A stretch of 64,000 nt of DNA from assembly GCF_963921235.1 (NCBI RefSeq), contig NC_086109.1:27654001-27718000 (forward strand). The letters run 5' to 3'. Within the stretch, counting starts at the first letter, position 1, and each line of letters starts with the position of its first letter. Origin of the DNA: Mobula hypostoma (taxonomy: Eukaryota). The notes under the pieces are model-generated. The model made no database searches. It saw nothing but the letters and a program-made list of their open reading frames with translations, and was not told where the DNA came from. Both the position numbers and the translations under genes were made by a program. Below are positions 51,377 to 64,000 of the stretch, piece after piece.

Positions 51377-51855
51377 ATCTCCCTCCTGGTACTTATCCTT
51401 GAAGGCAGACCAAGTGCCACACCGACTCCTACGCCTCCTCCCGCACTACCATTCAGGGCCTTAAACAGTCCCTCCAAGCAAAGTGACACTCCACCTGTGA
51501 ATCTGTTGGGGTCACTTACTGTATCTGGTGGTCCCGGTGTGGCCACCTGTATATCAGTGAGACTCAGCATAGATTGGGAGACCGCTTCACCGAGCAACTA
51601 CACTCTGTCCACCAGAAAAAGCGGAATCTTCTAATAGCCACCCATTTCATTTCTACTTCCCATCCCGACGTGTCAGTCCATGGCCGTGATGAGGCCACAC
51701 CTCATTAGAAGAGCAACATCTTATATTCCGTCTGGATAGCCACCAACCTGATGGCATGAACATTGATTTCTAGAACTGCTGGCAATTGTCCCCCACCCTG
51801 CCTTCACCATTCCCCATTCCTGTTTCCCTTTCTTACCTTGTTTCCTTACCTGCCC

Positions 51856-54800
51856 AGGTGCCAGGGTATGGGATGTCTCAGATCGGGTCCTGAATATTCT
51901 GAAGGGGGAGGGTGAGCAGCCAGTTGTCTTGGTACATGTTGGTACCAATGACATAGATAGGACAAAGGAGGAGGTCCTGAAGACAGATTTTCAGGAGTTA
52001 GGAAGGAAGCTGAGAAGCAGGACCTCCAGGGTAGTAGTCTCGGGATTGCTACCTGTGCCACGTGCTAGCGAGGACAAGAATAGTAGGATCAGGCAGATGA
52101 ATGCGTGGCTGAGAGACAGGTGCAGGGGGCAGGACTTCAGATTCTTGGATAATTGGGATCTCTTCTGGGGGAAGTATGACCTGTTCAAAAAGGACAGGTT
52201 ACACCTGAACCCGAAGGGGATCAATATCCTGGCAGGAAAGTTTAATGGAGCTGTTAGGGAGGGTTTAAACTAATTTTGCAGGGAGGTAGGAACTGGAATG
52301 ACAGAGCAGAGGAAGGGGAAAACAGAAATAAATCTAAGATAGTGAGCAGTAAAAATGACAAGAAAGACAAGCAGGTGATGGGGCAAGTTTGTAGCCATTG
52401 GGATGAGTTGCAGTGCAATAAAGTTGCAGTGAAATCAAAGCAAAAAGTACCAAATACTGGTCTTAAGGTGTTATACTTAAATGCACGCAGCATAAGGAAT
52501 AAAGTGGATGATCTTGTTGTACAGCTACAGATTGGCAGGTATGATGTTGTAGCCATCACTGAGACCTGGCTAAAGGATGCATGTCTCTGGGAGCTGAACG
52601 TCCAAGGATACACGGTGTATCGGAAGGATAGGAAGGTAGGCAGAGGGGGAGGTGTGGCTTTATTGGTAAGAAATGATATTAAATCATTAGAAAGAGGTGA
52701 TATAGGATCGGAAGGTGCAGAATCTTTATGGGTTGAGCTAAGAAATTGCAGGGGTAAAAGGACCCTGATGGCAGTTATTTATAGGCCTCAAAACAACTGC
52801 AGGGATGTGGACTACAGGAATTAGAAAAGGCTAGTCAGAAGGGCAGTGTTATGATAATTGTGGGCTATTTTAACATGCAAGTGGATTGGGAAAATCAGGT
52901 CAGCACTGGATCTCAAGAGAGAGAATTTGTAGAATGTCTGCGAGATGGCTTTTTAGAACAGCTTGTTGATGAGCCCACTAGTGGATTGGCTGTACTGGAT
53001 TGGGTATTGTGTAATGATCCGGAGGTGATTAGAGAGATTGAGGTGAAGGAACCCTTAGGAGACAGTGATCATAACATGATTGAGTTCACCGTGAAATTTG
53101 AAAAAGAGAAGCCGAAATCTGATGTGTCGGTATTTCAGTGGAGTAAAGAAAATTACAGTGGCATGAGAGAGGAACTGGCCAAAGTTGACCGGAAAGGGAC
53201 ACTGGCGGGAAAGTCGGCAGAGCAGCAGTGGCTGGAGTTTATGCGAGAAGCGAGGAAGGTGCAAGACAAGTATATTCCAAAAAAGAAGTTTTCGAATGGA
53301 TAAAGGATGCAAAAGTGGTTGACAAGAGAAGTCAAAGCCAAAGTTAAAGCAAAGGAGAGAGCATACAAGGAAGCAAAAATTAGTGGGAAGACAGAGGATT
53401 GGGAAGTTTTTAAAACCTTACAAAAGGAAACCAAGAAGGTCATTAAGAGGGAAAAGATTAACGATGTAAGGAAGCTAGCAAATAATATCAAAGAGGATAC
53501 TAAAAGCTTTTTCAAGTATATAAAGAGTAAAAGACAGGTGAGAGTAGATATAGGACCGATAGAAAACGATGCTGGAGAAATTGTAATGGGAGATAAGGAG
53601 ATGGCAGAGGAACTGAACGAGTATTTTGCATCGTCTTCACTGAGGAAGACATCAGCAGTATACCGGACCCTCAAGGGTGGCAGGGAAGAGAAGTGTGCGC
53701 AGTCACAATTACGACAGAGAAAGTACTCAGGAAGCTGAATAGGCTAAAGGTAGATAAATCTCCTGGACCAGGTGGAATGCACCCCTGTGTTCTGAAGGAA
53801 GTAGCCGTGGAGATTGCGGAGGCATTAGCAATGATCTTTCAAAAGTCGATAGATTCTGGCATGGTTCCGGAGGACTGGAAGATTGCAAATGTCACTCTGC
53901 TATTTAAGAAGGGGGCAAGGAAGCAAAAAGGAAATTATAGACCTGTTAGCTTGATATCGGTGGTTGGGAAGTTGTTGGAGTTGATTGTCAAGGATGAGAT
54001 TACAGAGTACCTGGAGGCATATGACAAGATAGGCAGAACTCAGCATGGATTCCTTGAAGGAAAATCCTGCCTGACAAACCTATTACAATTTTTTGAGGAA
54101 ATTACCAGTAGGCTGGACAAGGGAGAAGCAGTGGATGTTGTATATTTGGATTGTCAGCAGGCCTTTGAGGCTACTTAACAAGATAAGAGCCCATGGAATT
54201 ACGGGAAAGGTACATACGTGGATAGAGTGTTGGCTGATTGGCAGGAAACAGAGAGTGGGAATAAAGGGATCCTATTCTGGTTGGCTGCTGGTTACCAGTA
54301 GTGTTCCACAGGGGTCAGTGTTGGGGCCGATTCTTGTTACATTGTACATCAACGATTTGGATTATGGAATAGATGGCTTTGTGGCTAAATTTGCTGACGA
54401 TACAAAGATAGGTGGAGGGGCCAGTAGTGCTGAGGAAACGGAGGGTCTGCAGAGAGACTTGGATAGATTGGAAGAATGGGCAGAGAAGTGGCAAATGAAG
54501 TACAATGTTGGAAAGTGTATGGTTATGCACTTTGGCAGAAATAATAAATGGACAGACTATTATTTAAATGGGGAAAGAATTCAAAGTTCGGAGATACAAC
54601 AGGACTTGTGAGTCCTCGTACAGGATATCCTTAAGGTTAACCTCCAGGTTGAGTCAGTAGTGAAGAAGGCAAATGCAATGTTGGCATTCATTTCTAGAGG
54701 AATAGTGTATAGGAGCAGGGATGTGATGTTGAGGCTCTATAAGGCACTGGTGAGACCTCACTTGGAGTACTGTGGGCAGTTTTGGTCTCCTTATTTAAGA

Positions 54801-55320
54801 AAGGATGTGCTGACGTTGGAGAGGGTACAGAGAAGATTCACTAGAATGATTCCGGGAATGAGAGGGTTAACATATGAGGAACGTTTGTCCGCTCTTGGAC
54901 TGTATTCCTTGGAGTTTAGAAGAATGAGGGGAGACCTCATAGAAACATTTCGAATGTTGAAAGGCATGGACAGAGTGGATGTGGCAAAGTTGTTTCCCAT
55001 GATGGGGGAGTCTAGTACGAGAGGGCATGACTTAAGGATTGAAGGGCGCCCATTCAGAACAGAAATGCGAAGAAAGTTTTTTTAGTCAGAGGGTGGTGAA
55101 TCTATGGAATTTTTTGCCATGGGCAGCAGTGGAGGCCAAGTCATTGGGTGTATTTAAGGCAGAGATTGATAGGTATCTGCGTAGCCAGGGCATCAAAGGT
55201 TATGGTGAGAAGGCGGGGGAGTGGGACTAAATGGGAGAAAGGATCAGCTCATGATAAAATAGCGGAGCAGACTCAATGGGCCGAATGGCCGACTTCTGCT
55301 CCTTTGTCTTATGGTCTTAT
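51856..55320 (+). mobile_element. CR1 LINE with ORF1 SGNH-esterase end and ORF2, disrupted
   Basis: ORF1 PGARV...VHVGTND...DRLHLN ends with TAA at 52273. ORF2 APE+RT is closely similar to 26490-29536. Tail ttatggtcttat. Confidence 0.95.
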
Positions 55321-56784
55321 CTTCCTTTTGTGCTCCTCCCCCTTCCCTTTTTTCCATGGTCTTCTGTCCTGTCCTATCAGATTTCCCCTTCTCCAGCCCT
55401 TTATCTTTTTCACCAATCAACTTCCCAGCTTTTCACTTCACCCCTCCCCCTGCCCTGGTTTCACCCACCACCTGCCACCTTGTACTTGCTCCTCCCCTCC
55501 CCCCACCTTATTCTGACTCCTCGCCTTCCTTTCCATTCCTGAAATGCTGACTGTTTACTCTTTTCCATAGATGCTGCCTGGCCAGCCGATTTACTCCAGC
55601 ATTTTGTGTGTGTTGATTTGAATCTCCAGCATCTGTAGACTTTCTCTTGTTTTCTTCCAATCTATAACAGCCTCATTTAGTTTGAGTAACGTTTAAATCC
55701 TAGATTAAAACATGCCTGAGACACTTTAGCCCAAGTTATCCATCTCATTTCTGTGCCATCCTCAACATCAGGAGGAAGCCACAATCTTGACTAGGTAGGT
55801 TAAATGATAGGAAAAAAAGAGAAAACACTCCTTAGTAGTTATATCTTACATAATAAAAAAACATAGGCATTGACTACAAGTCTGGGATAATATCTCAAAG
55901 TTCTGATGACATTTACCATCTGCACAGTGTCACTGGAATTTTCACATCCTCACAGTCCTTAAGCAGCTTTTATTTCTTTGCCTAGCATCTGTTTGCTTCC
56001 ATGTAAATATCTCTTGCACTAAAATAAATTATTTTTCACTAAAATAAACACATTAAGTATTTTTCCTGAGGTGTTCACTTAACAATTGCTCCCATTTACA
56101 CGTGCAAAATAAAATCATTCTTATTTACAACAGTAATTAAGAGCAGGCCATAGGCAGGCTCCCATCTAAGTCAGGTACCTTCTGATGATCGGTCACAACT
56201 TGAAACACTAATTGCTTTCTCTTTCCTTCTCCACAATAGCTGCCTGACTTGTTTCATACTTGCAATATTTCTGTTTTTATTTCAGATTTTTAGCATTTGC
56301 GATACATTGCTTTTCAATGTATTTTTCTCACTGAACTTACCAATAGAACTAAGGGTATAAGCATAAAATTACAATATTTGAAATAAAACTATATAAGGAT
56401 TAGTACATGGACATAGAAGGATTAATTCATGTTCTGTTGACGAGCTGTGTATGTGTGCCCTTTTAAAGTTGATATGTGAATCTCTTCTGATTCAATCAGA
56501 TGTTAATGTGGAAGACACCTCTTGTTTCTTGGTCTACTTATGAAGGGCTTGTCACACCAGTAAAAGCGAGGAATGACTAAGACTTTATGTGACATAAACT
56601 ATCTGTTTTCTGCAAAATCTGCTTGGAATTCTACCAAGAACTTTGGATATCAATACTTATGGCAAGGTGCACATTGCCATCTTTTCATGGGTATGCTTTA
56701 TACATCAGTGAAATTACATCTTTAAGGATATTCTCTCCAATCATCATTCTCAGCAAAGAAAAAATGTTGTCAGTTTGATTGTTA

Positions 56785-56930
56785 GCACACACTAGTCCCA
56801 TTGAAGGGTCTTGGCATGAAATGTCTACTCTTTATTCCTTTCCATAAATATTATCTGACCTGCTGAGTGCCTCCAGCAGTTTGTGTGTGTTACTCTGGAT
56901 TTCCAGCATCTGCAGAATGTCTTGTCTTTT
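56785..56930 (+). mobile_element. PLE terminal-repeat fragment
   Basis: Degenerate hammerhead plus gacctgctgagt...ccagcatctgcaga end. Confidence 0.75.
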
Positions 56931-57454
56931 TGAGCTTGATTGTGAAGCTGAGATAAAACCTTAGTCATGTCGCTTAACAGAGAGGAGGACTGCTAGCGTA
57001 CACCATCTTATACAGTGTTTGGTATATCCTAATAGTCTTCATAAACAATGGAGTGTGCTCACTGTGGAACATATCTACTTGAAGTAAGCTCCCACAGGTT
57101 ATTCTGGGATCATTATCTGTCCATGTGGTGTATTGGATATGTTAGCCAAGTGAGTAGTTCCAACTGCCTTACTCTTCTTTACAGTAGAGCAAAAGCATAT
57201 TTTAAGTCCCACTGAGAAATCAGAAGGGCTCTTCGTTTAATATTGAATTTACTTCCCTGGAACATGAGTTCTAAATCTGGGGATAAGACTTTATAGTGAG
57301 AATGGAACCCAAGATTGATTGGCTCAGCAGCAAGGATGCCATTACCTGAGCCACAGGGCAGTGGCAAAGTGCCTCTCTATTTGAAACCAAAGTGCTATTG
57401 ACAAGAAAGTCAACTAAGCAATAGTCAATGCATGCTATAAGCATCATCTTCTTG

Positions 57455-57705
57455 ATGACGTAGCTCGAGACTTTGCAAAATTCAGAGTTCAATTTCGGCA
57501 CTGTTCCTCCCCGTGGAGCACCTGGGTTTTCCCAATGTGCTCTGGTTTCCTCCCACAGTCTAAAGAAGTACGGGATAGGTTAATTTGTCATTGTAAATTG
57601 TCCTGTGATTAGGTTAGGGTAAGTCAGGGTTGTGGGGTTGCTGGGGAGGTGTGGCTCGAATGGCAGAATTGCTTACTCTGTGCTGTATTGCTAAATAAAA
57701 TAAAA
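57455..57705 (+). mobile_element. tRNA-derived SINE remnant
   Basis: B-box-like gagttcaatttc, core ctctggtttcctcccacagtc and (taaaa)n tail. Confidence 0.65.
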
Positions 57706-58199
57706 TATGTAATCACATTATATTTTTTTCATTTTTATGCTCATTCCTTCCTATTTCTCAGACCTTTCCATCTTCTTTTTAAGTTGGCTATATTCCTTTC
57801 ATTTATATCACTTTATCTTTGTCGTAAACATTCACTAATAGTCTACTTCAAGTTCGTAACATCGTGTTTATTCTCTTCTTTGCTAGAAAGTAGGAAGACA
57901 GACTGAATATTCCTTGCAACTTGATCAATGAACTTAATTTTAATGATGTTTCCTTGGAGACGCAGCACAACAAAGAGAATTAAATTTAAATGCATTTCAC
58001 CCTGTCGTCTATTTATAATTGAAAACCAATAAAATCTATTTGCAAAGAGAAAACAGAAATAACTTCCCAGGTTGATGAGCGTTCCCTGGAATGCTGAAGG
58101 GTCATTGGGAGAAATGTTAACTCTGTTGTTCTCTCTTCTCGGTTGCAGTGTGACCTGCAGAATGTTGCTTATTTCATTTGAAAACAACAAATAGGGCTG

Positions 58200-58997
58200 A
58201 ACTTAAATGAGCTGAAGAAATGACTGATGGAATTTAATGCAAGGATGAGGTGTTGCTTTTGGGAGAACCAACTGGGGTAGGATTTACACAGTGAACGGTA
58301 GGGCACTAAGAAGTGTGGTAGAATACTAGAATCTGATAATGCAGATGCATAATTCCTTTAACGTGGTGTTACAGGTAGATAGGGTCAAAGAGCTTTCACA
58401 CATTGGCTTTCATAAATCAGACTTTTGAGTAAAGGATAGGGGATGTTATGTTGAAGCTGTATAAAACAGTGAGGCCAAATTTGGAGTATTGTGTACAGTT
58501 CTGGTCACACACCTACAGGAAAGACATCAATAAGATTGACAAAGTACAGAGGAAATTTACAAGCATGTTGATGGGACTTGAGGACCCAGGTCCCAAGGAA
58601 AGATTGAATAGGTTAGGTCTTTATTGCCTGGAGCATAGGAGAATGAGAAGAGATTTGATAGAGATATCCAAAATTATGAAGGGTGTAGACAGGGAAAATG
58701 CAAACAGGCTTTTTTCCACTGAGGTTGGGTAACACTAGAACTGGGATAAGGGTGAAAGTTATTTAAAGGGAAACTGAGGGGATAGTTCTTCACTCAGAGG
58801 GTGGTGTAAGTGTAGATTGAGCTGCCAGTGGAAGTGGCGGATGCAGGTTTGATTGCAACATTTTAGAGAAGTCGTGGATGGGAGAGCTATGGTCCAGGTG
58901 TGGGTTACTGGGACCAGGCAGGATAACAGTTTGGCATGGACTAGATCGACCCAGGGGCTTGTTTCTGTGTTGCGCTGTTCTATGATTCCATGGCTTA
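58200..58997 (+). mobile_element. Decayed CR1 3' portion
   Basis: MLKLYKTVRPNLEYCVQFWS, RRMRRDLIE; tail ttctatgattccatg. Confidence 0.88.
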
Positions 58998-59585
58998 ACA
59001 ATTTTGTATTTTGTGAATGGGAAATAATCCATCTTTGAAAACTTCATACTCTAAATTATAACACAGAAGAAACACTCAGCGATTTTGTGGGAGCTGCCAT
59101 CTTCCCATGCTTGGTCCAGACCAATGCAGTGCAGATCTTCCAACACATCTTGGTTGTCAAAGGCAACTCTAATCTCATGGGTGCAGACCCGCAAAGTACC
59201 CTTGGATGATTTTGACAGCTGGCTAGGCCACATCACCAGGCTGAGCAGCCTGTCACAGCTGTCAAACAGCTTAAATATTTGTAAATGCCTCTGCCACTCA
59301 GAATAGTTCTTCCAAGTATTAAGAATTAGAATATTAAAATAATGTAATTATACTTACTTTAACACAATAACTAATTTTAAAAATCTTACATTTCTCTCTT
59401 CCAGGCCATTAAACATATTAATGAAAAGACTAACTAAATCCACTGGACACATTTTACATGCTTAAAACAAAGAATCTGTAAATATTTGAATGATAAATAT
59501 GGTTTGATTTCACATTCACTCCTTCCAGAGTAATATCTCACCCTTAAAGAAATTTCTACTCAATGGTAACAAAGGTCAAACTTAC

Positions 59586-59689
59586 AAATCAAATCGGAGA
59601 TTTTGCCGCTCTTCAAAAAAGTAATCTAGGATGAACTTCCGTACAAAGTCAGGGTTTAAGGTATTGTCGATCACTTCTGTTCTTCCAAA
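59586..59689 (-). CDS. cpne8: Copine coding exon (C2A domain), 104 nt; best match copine-8
   Basis: Reverse complement reads tttatttgcag|TTTGGAAGAACA...CGATTTGATTT|gtaag and translates to [34 protein letters not shown]+TT. Canonical AG/GT sites. FILD and EER favour CPNE8 over CPNE5 (FIVD, EEK) from remembered sequences; the paralog call is less certain than the exon. Confidence 0.93.
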
Positions 59690-61579
59690 CTGCAAATAAA
59701 TTTGACAGCATTAGCTTCTCTGTACATGTCAGATGTGTTCCCAAAGCCATTGAAATAATGAACTGTGTAACATTTGGTGCACAGCTCCATCAACTCTGGG
59801 AACAGGCTCAAATTCAGTCTCAATTGTCTGTTGGCCATGTCATCGCACACTAAATGGTTTTTGTTTTCAATCCCATTCTTTCTTGGAAAGGTCTGAAAAG
59901 CTCAAAGGTTTCAACAATCTCAAACCGTGAGATGCTGGGATTCCTGGTGCAAGGAAATAAATAAGTGTCACAAAGGTTTAGTGGTCCATGCTTTTATAAA
60001 ACTGCAGCTGAGACACATTGTGAGAGCAAAGGAAACTTCATTCTATATCTGGCCACACTTTGATTCGCCTCTGAGTGATTTTGATTGATGTGTGGGCATG
60101 CTATATTGGTGCTGCAATGTGTGGCGACACTCGAAGGCTGCCTCTTGGGTGAGTTGCTGTTAATACAAATGACACATTTTACTTTATGTTTTGATGTACA
60201 TGTGATAAATAAATCTAGATCTGAATTTGAGCGTGTAATATGGAAAATGGGGTTCCATTCACAGGCTCCGATTTCACCCAATTTTGATTTCTACAAAGAT
60301 TTCAAACAAGGTAAACACCTGTCTCCCAATATCCCTTTACCTAATTACCTGGAAAAAATAAAGTTGGAAAACAACACAATATAGAAAGGATTCACAATAA
60401 ATTTAAATTTTCCACAAGCAGACATGGATTTTACCTCATTACAGAACAAAATTTGTTGCCATTAATGAATGTTTCTTCATCCACAGATCCTTAGTCATAA
60501 TGAGTATATACTAAAAATGAAGTCAAAAAATCTTCTTAATAAATGCCTCCAATTTTCTTTAAATTGCAGCTCTTCTGTGACTCATTTTAACTGGATATGC
60601 AAAATAACTATTTATAGAATAATTACCTTGTCAAAGTTGGCACGTGTGACTGCCATTCCAATTTTAAATTTTGTGACCTTTCTATAGGTGCTTAAACTCA
60701 TATGGAAGTTTAAAATTTAAAAAATCTATTCAGCTAAGAATATGAAGTGGTCTTCAAACTTTGAAAAGTATTTTATTGACAATGCTAGGATGTTTATTTA
60801 ACATTTTAATATACATACTATAATATGGAGCATACTGACAGGATGTTGCTGCATTTGCCTTAGAACAACATGCTCACACAGCATCTGGTTTTTTATTCAA
60901 TTATATACATCTCCTATGTGTTCAGATTCTCCAGCAGATAGTTGGTTACATTTTTATTAAAAGTGTATTAGAGGATTATCTGTTGCTGATGCAGGTCCAT
61001 TGAATGTTTGTATTATATTATATAAAATGTAAAAGGACCCAAGATCAGAGTACTTCCTCCCCCCCAGCCCCCTTGTGCCTGTTATTTAAACACCCTGTTA
61101 CTTACAGCCACAATCAATCATTGATTCTGATATGGTTATTATTCTAAGGATTTATTGAGTATGCCCACAAGAAAATGTATCTCAGGGTTGTGTGTGGTGA
61201 CGTATATGTACTTTGAAATTTGATTCTTATTGCACTACAGTAGATTTTAGAAATAGGACACGAACTAAAATCAGGAGATAATGAATGTACTCGATTGACA
61301 TAGAAACAAAGCTATAGTGTCTATGCTTTTCGATGTTCTAAAGGAATTGATTTTCACTCATCTTAGTTTCCTTCTCTTCAGAGCCTGCAACTCTCCATTT
61401 GTGGGGAGAACCCTCAAATCTTTCAGAGTGCAGTGGGAATTACCAAGTCTGGCCACCTGAGGTATCTACGTGTCCAACAGCTATTTATAATATTCTTATA
61501 GAACAGGCAATTCGTAAATGCCTGGTTTTGTTCTCAGAAGTTTTTAGAATACTAATATGAAGTGGCTTATTTCAGTAGA

Positions 61580-62305
61580 GGGGTTTGTATTTATTGTATC
61601 CAGTGCAGCCTTCTCGACATCAGTGAGACATGATGCAGACTGAGGAAATGCTTCATTGAGCACCTTCGAACCAACCACCATACTAGCTGGGATCTCTCAG
61701 TGGCCACCAATTTTAATTCCACTTCCCATTCCCACGCCAACACGTCTATCCATAGCCTTCTCCACTGTCAACGAGGCCAGGCACAGATTAGAGGAACAGC
61801 ACTTTATATTCCCCCTGGGTGGTCTCCAACCTGATGCCATGGACATTGATGTTTCTAAATGTAACGATTCCCCTCTGTCCCTTTCCTCTTTTTTTTCTGA
61901 ATCCACTAGCCTCCCATCATCTCCCTTTCCTCTCCCCACCTATAGATTTGATCATATCCCACATATTGTTCTCACTGGCTCCCCTCCCCACCTCCTTCCC
62001 TTTATTCCACTGTCCTCTCTGATCAGATTCCATCTTCTTCAACTCTTTATTACTTCCATCTATCACCTTGCAGTTTCTCAAATTATTCCAACTACAAGCC
62101 CCACCCCCTGCCCATCCTGCCAATCAACCCCTCTCTTTCACTGGGATCGCCCTATAACCCTAAGTTCTTGCTGCACCCTTTCCCCACACCTTTTAATAGC
62201 GGCCATCTCCCCTCTTTCTTTCCAGTCCTGATGAAGCAACTCAAGCTGAGACATTGACTATTTCCCTCCATGCTGAGCTCTTTGAGCTCCTTCGTGTGTT
62301 GCATT
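61580..62305 (+). mobile_element. PLE 3' fragment
   Basis: IYCIQCS and RLEEQHFIFPLGGLQPDAMDID motifs, pyrimidine-rich tract, and cagtcCTGATGA...GAGA degenerate hammerhead. Confidence 0.85.
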
Positions 62306-63445
62306 TGGCATTTCAAAGTTTGCTTTTAAACTAAAATGTGCTTCCTCCGTTAAGTATATGGAACTATTCTTTCAAATCCAGAATACTGAAATAAAGTAAG
62401 AAATTAAATTGCCTTTGAACACTTGACTTGCTATCGAAAACTATGAAGTTCATATTTTCAAATTCTAACAACAAGGGGTCGACACAAGTATTATTAGGAA
62501 GGGAGAAGGGGAGAGGGATTGCAAAAACTGTATTAGTTCAAAGTTTAAACCACAAATTCTATTGTTTGCAGCATTATCTTTCAATTTCCAACGCAAACCA
62601 GTGTTATTCTGGTATAGCACACTGCTGGTAGTACAGCTAACCTAAAGCAGACTTCAGGTAGTTTTTAGTTAAGGATGTAATAATTTCTTCTGAAAAGAGT
62701 GAATATCTTTTCTATTTGCTATGATGATTTTTTTTTAAAAATGTAATTAATTTGGATTTCCTTAAACAAAGGATTTGGTTGTCAGACACTAATTAATTAG
62801 AACCTTTGCAAGTATTTGGTAAGGCTGAGCATTATTTTTAAGTCAGTTTCTGGCTCTTCTAAGATCAGAGTCAGAATCAGGTTTAAGATGTCTTCTGGCT
62901 TAACAGTAGGTTAAAAGTAATGTCTTGTTGCCTTTGTAATATACATACTCCAAAACAATGACCTTGTCAAGTTAACCACATATCAGATGGCTTTAATTCA
63001 ATTTTAATTTAACTCGCTGACCTGGTTTCTGTAACAGTGTGATGAAGGTATATTGTCAGGGGATTTATAGATCTAAATTCCCCGTGTATCTCTTTGGTTA
63101 ATTGCCAGTTTCAAATACTGTACTGCATTGTGGTTGGTTAGATACACCTGAAAATGCTCAAAATTAGCGCACTTCCATGAAATTCTGCTTCTTGCTTGCA
63201 GATGCTTGACTGATTGAAAATTTCTATCAGTACACCAACAAATGATACTAATCTGCCACTGCATAGAACTGTAGCAGCAGAGAGCCATATATAAAAATGT
63301 AAAACCTGAAAATATACCCTGAAGTGAAAGTCCAATCAAAGGTCTGATATAACACCCATTGTTCAAAATATATCCATGCACTTCAACAATTTTTAATATT
63401 ACATTGCAAACTTAGAATATTACAGTTGAGTACAAACCTTTTCAT

Positions 63446-63651
63446 AAACAAGTGAAAATCTGCAGATGCTGGAAATCCAAGCAACACACACAAAATGCTG
63501 GAGGAACTCAGCAGGCCAGGCAGCATCTATGGAGAAAAGTACAGTTGATGTTTCACGCTGAGACCCCTTGGCCTAAAACATCAGCTATATTTTTCCATAG
63601 ATGCTGCCTGGTGGCCTGCTGAGTTCCTCCAGCATTTTGTGTGTGTTGCAT
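63446..63651 (-). mobile_element. Palindromic PLE mini-insertion
   Basis: Arms gcaacacacacaaaatgctggaggaactcagcaggcca / tggcctgctgagttcctccagcattttgtgtgtgttgc. Probable TSD aaac(c/t)ttttcat at 63434-63445 and 63652-63663. Confidence 0.85.
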
Positions 63652-64000
63652 AAACTTTTTCATTAGAGTTTTTGCAGACATGTTGAAATGATTTCATATA
63701 CAAAATAAAAGCTCTGTTATCCACAAACTATTATTTGAGAGCCTAGTTAATTTTTTTTTTAAGTGCTATTTTCCTGGACTTGTAATTTCTATTCTACTGT
63801 TCAACAACTTTAAAAAAAAGCAAACAAAATTATGGAATAAAATACTTCCTATGTGAATAGCCATTTCTTGGACGTAGGCATCTCCGATAAGCTTTGCACA
63901 TGCTTTTAATAATTACTTGCTTTGCAAAATTGGCGATGGGCATTTGATTTGAATTCCTGCAGCTTGCTGCAGCTAAGCAACTCTAAATGGTTTGCTAATT

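Larger units (their letters stand above)
47655..55652 (+). mobile_element. Long Penelope-like element (Neptune-like) with inverted 5' repeat, split by Rex and CR1 insertions
   Basis: Inverted 3'-end copy at 47655-48217. RT remnants at 48600-50319 (GLPLSEAECSVL, LPKIHNPD, FTMDV, LPFLDL, FYKPTDSHSYL, AIPFSQFL). GIY-YIG at 51382-51780. Terminal repeat at 55321-55652. Imperfect TSD tcttcaatttataaca / tcttccaatctataaca. Confidence 0.88.

Noticed and set aside
50944..51597. 217-aa ORF, and similar ORFs at 40807-41226 and 4909-5232
   Set aside because: Chimeric read-throughs across TE insertion junctions, not genes.
59690..64000. Search for the upstream copine exon (ending ...WRE)
   Set aside because: No matching peptide with splice sites was seen.

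Overview
Eukaryotic, vertebrate, repeat-rich intronic DNA. The repeat repertoire suggests a cartilaginous fish, probably a batoid (inference). The only host-gene content I can support is two minus-strand coding exons of a copine C2A domain: 59586-59689 (104 nt) and 36130-36169 (40 nt). They splice in frame and best match CPNE8, with CPNE5 as the alternative. The rest is intron packed with decayed, often nested transposable elements: CR1 LINEs (two ~3 kb sister copies), Rex1/Babar LINEs, RTE and Vingi-like LINE ends, Penelope-like elements (PLEs), a Gypsy remnant, a solo LTR, a Chapaev3-like DNA transposon, hAT and Tc1/mariner MITEs, and SINEs. Most ORFs in the track are TE fragments or spurious. 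The most interesting signals are: (1) a minimal type I hammerhead ribozyme motif in the PLE terminal repeat, intact in two young copies; (2) short palindromic, TSD-flanked PLE mini-insertions whose inversion junctions lie at or near that ribozyme; (3) a U_UUA_AAC slippery heptamer in the 16-nt ORF1/ORF2 overlap of CR1, suggesting -1 ribosomal frameshifting; (4) a candidate 11-nt microexon. No database search was run, so family names are recognitions from motifs and TE boundaries without a stated TSD are approximate.
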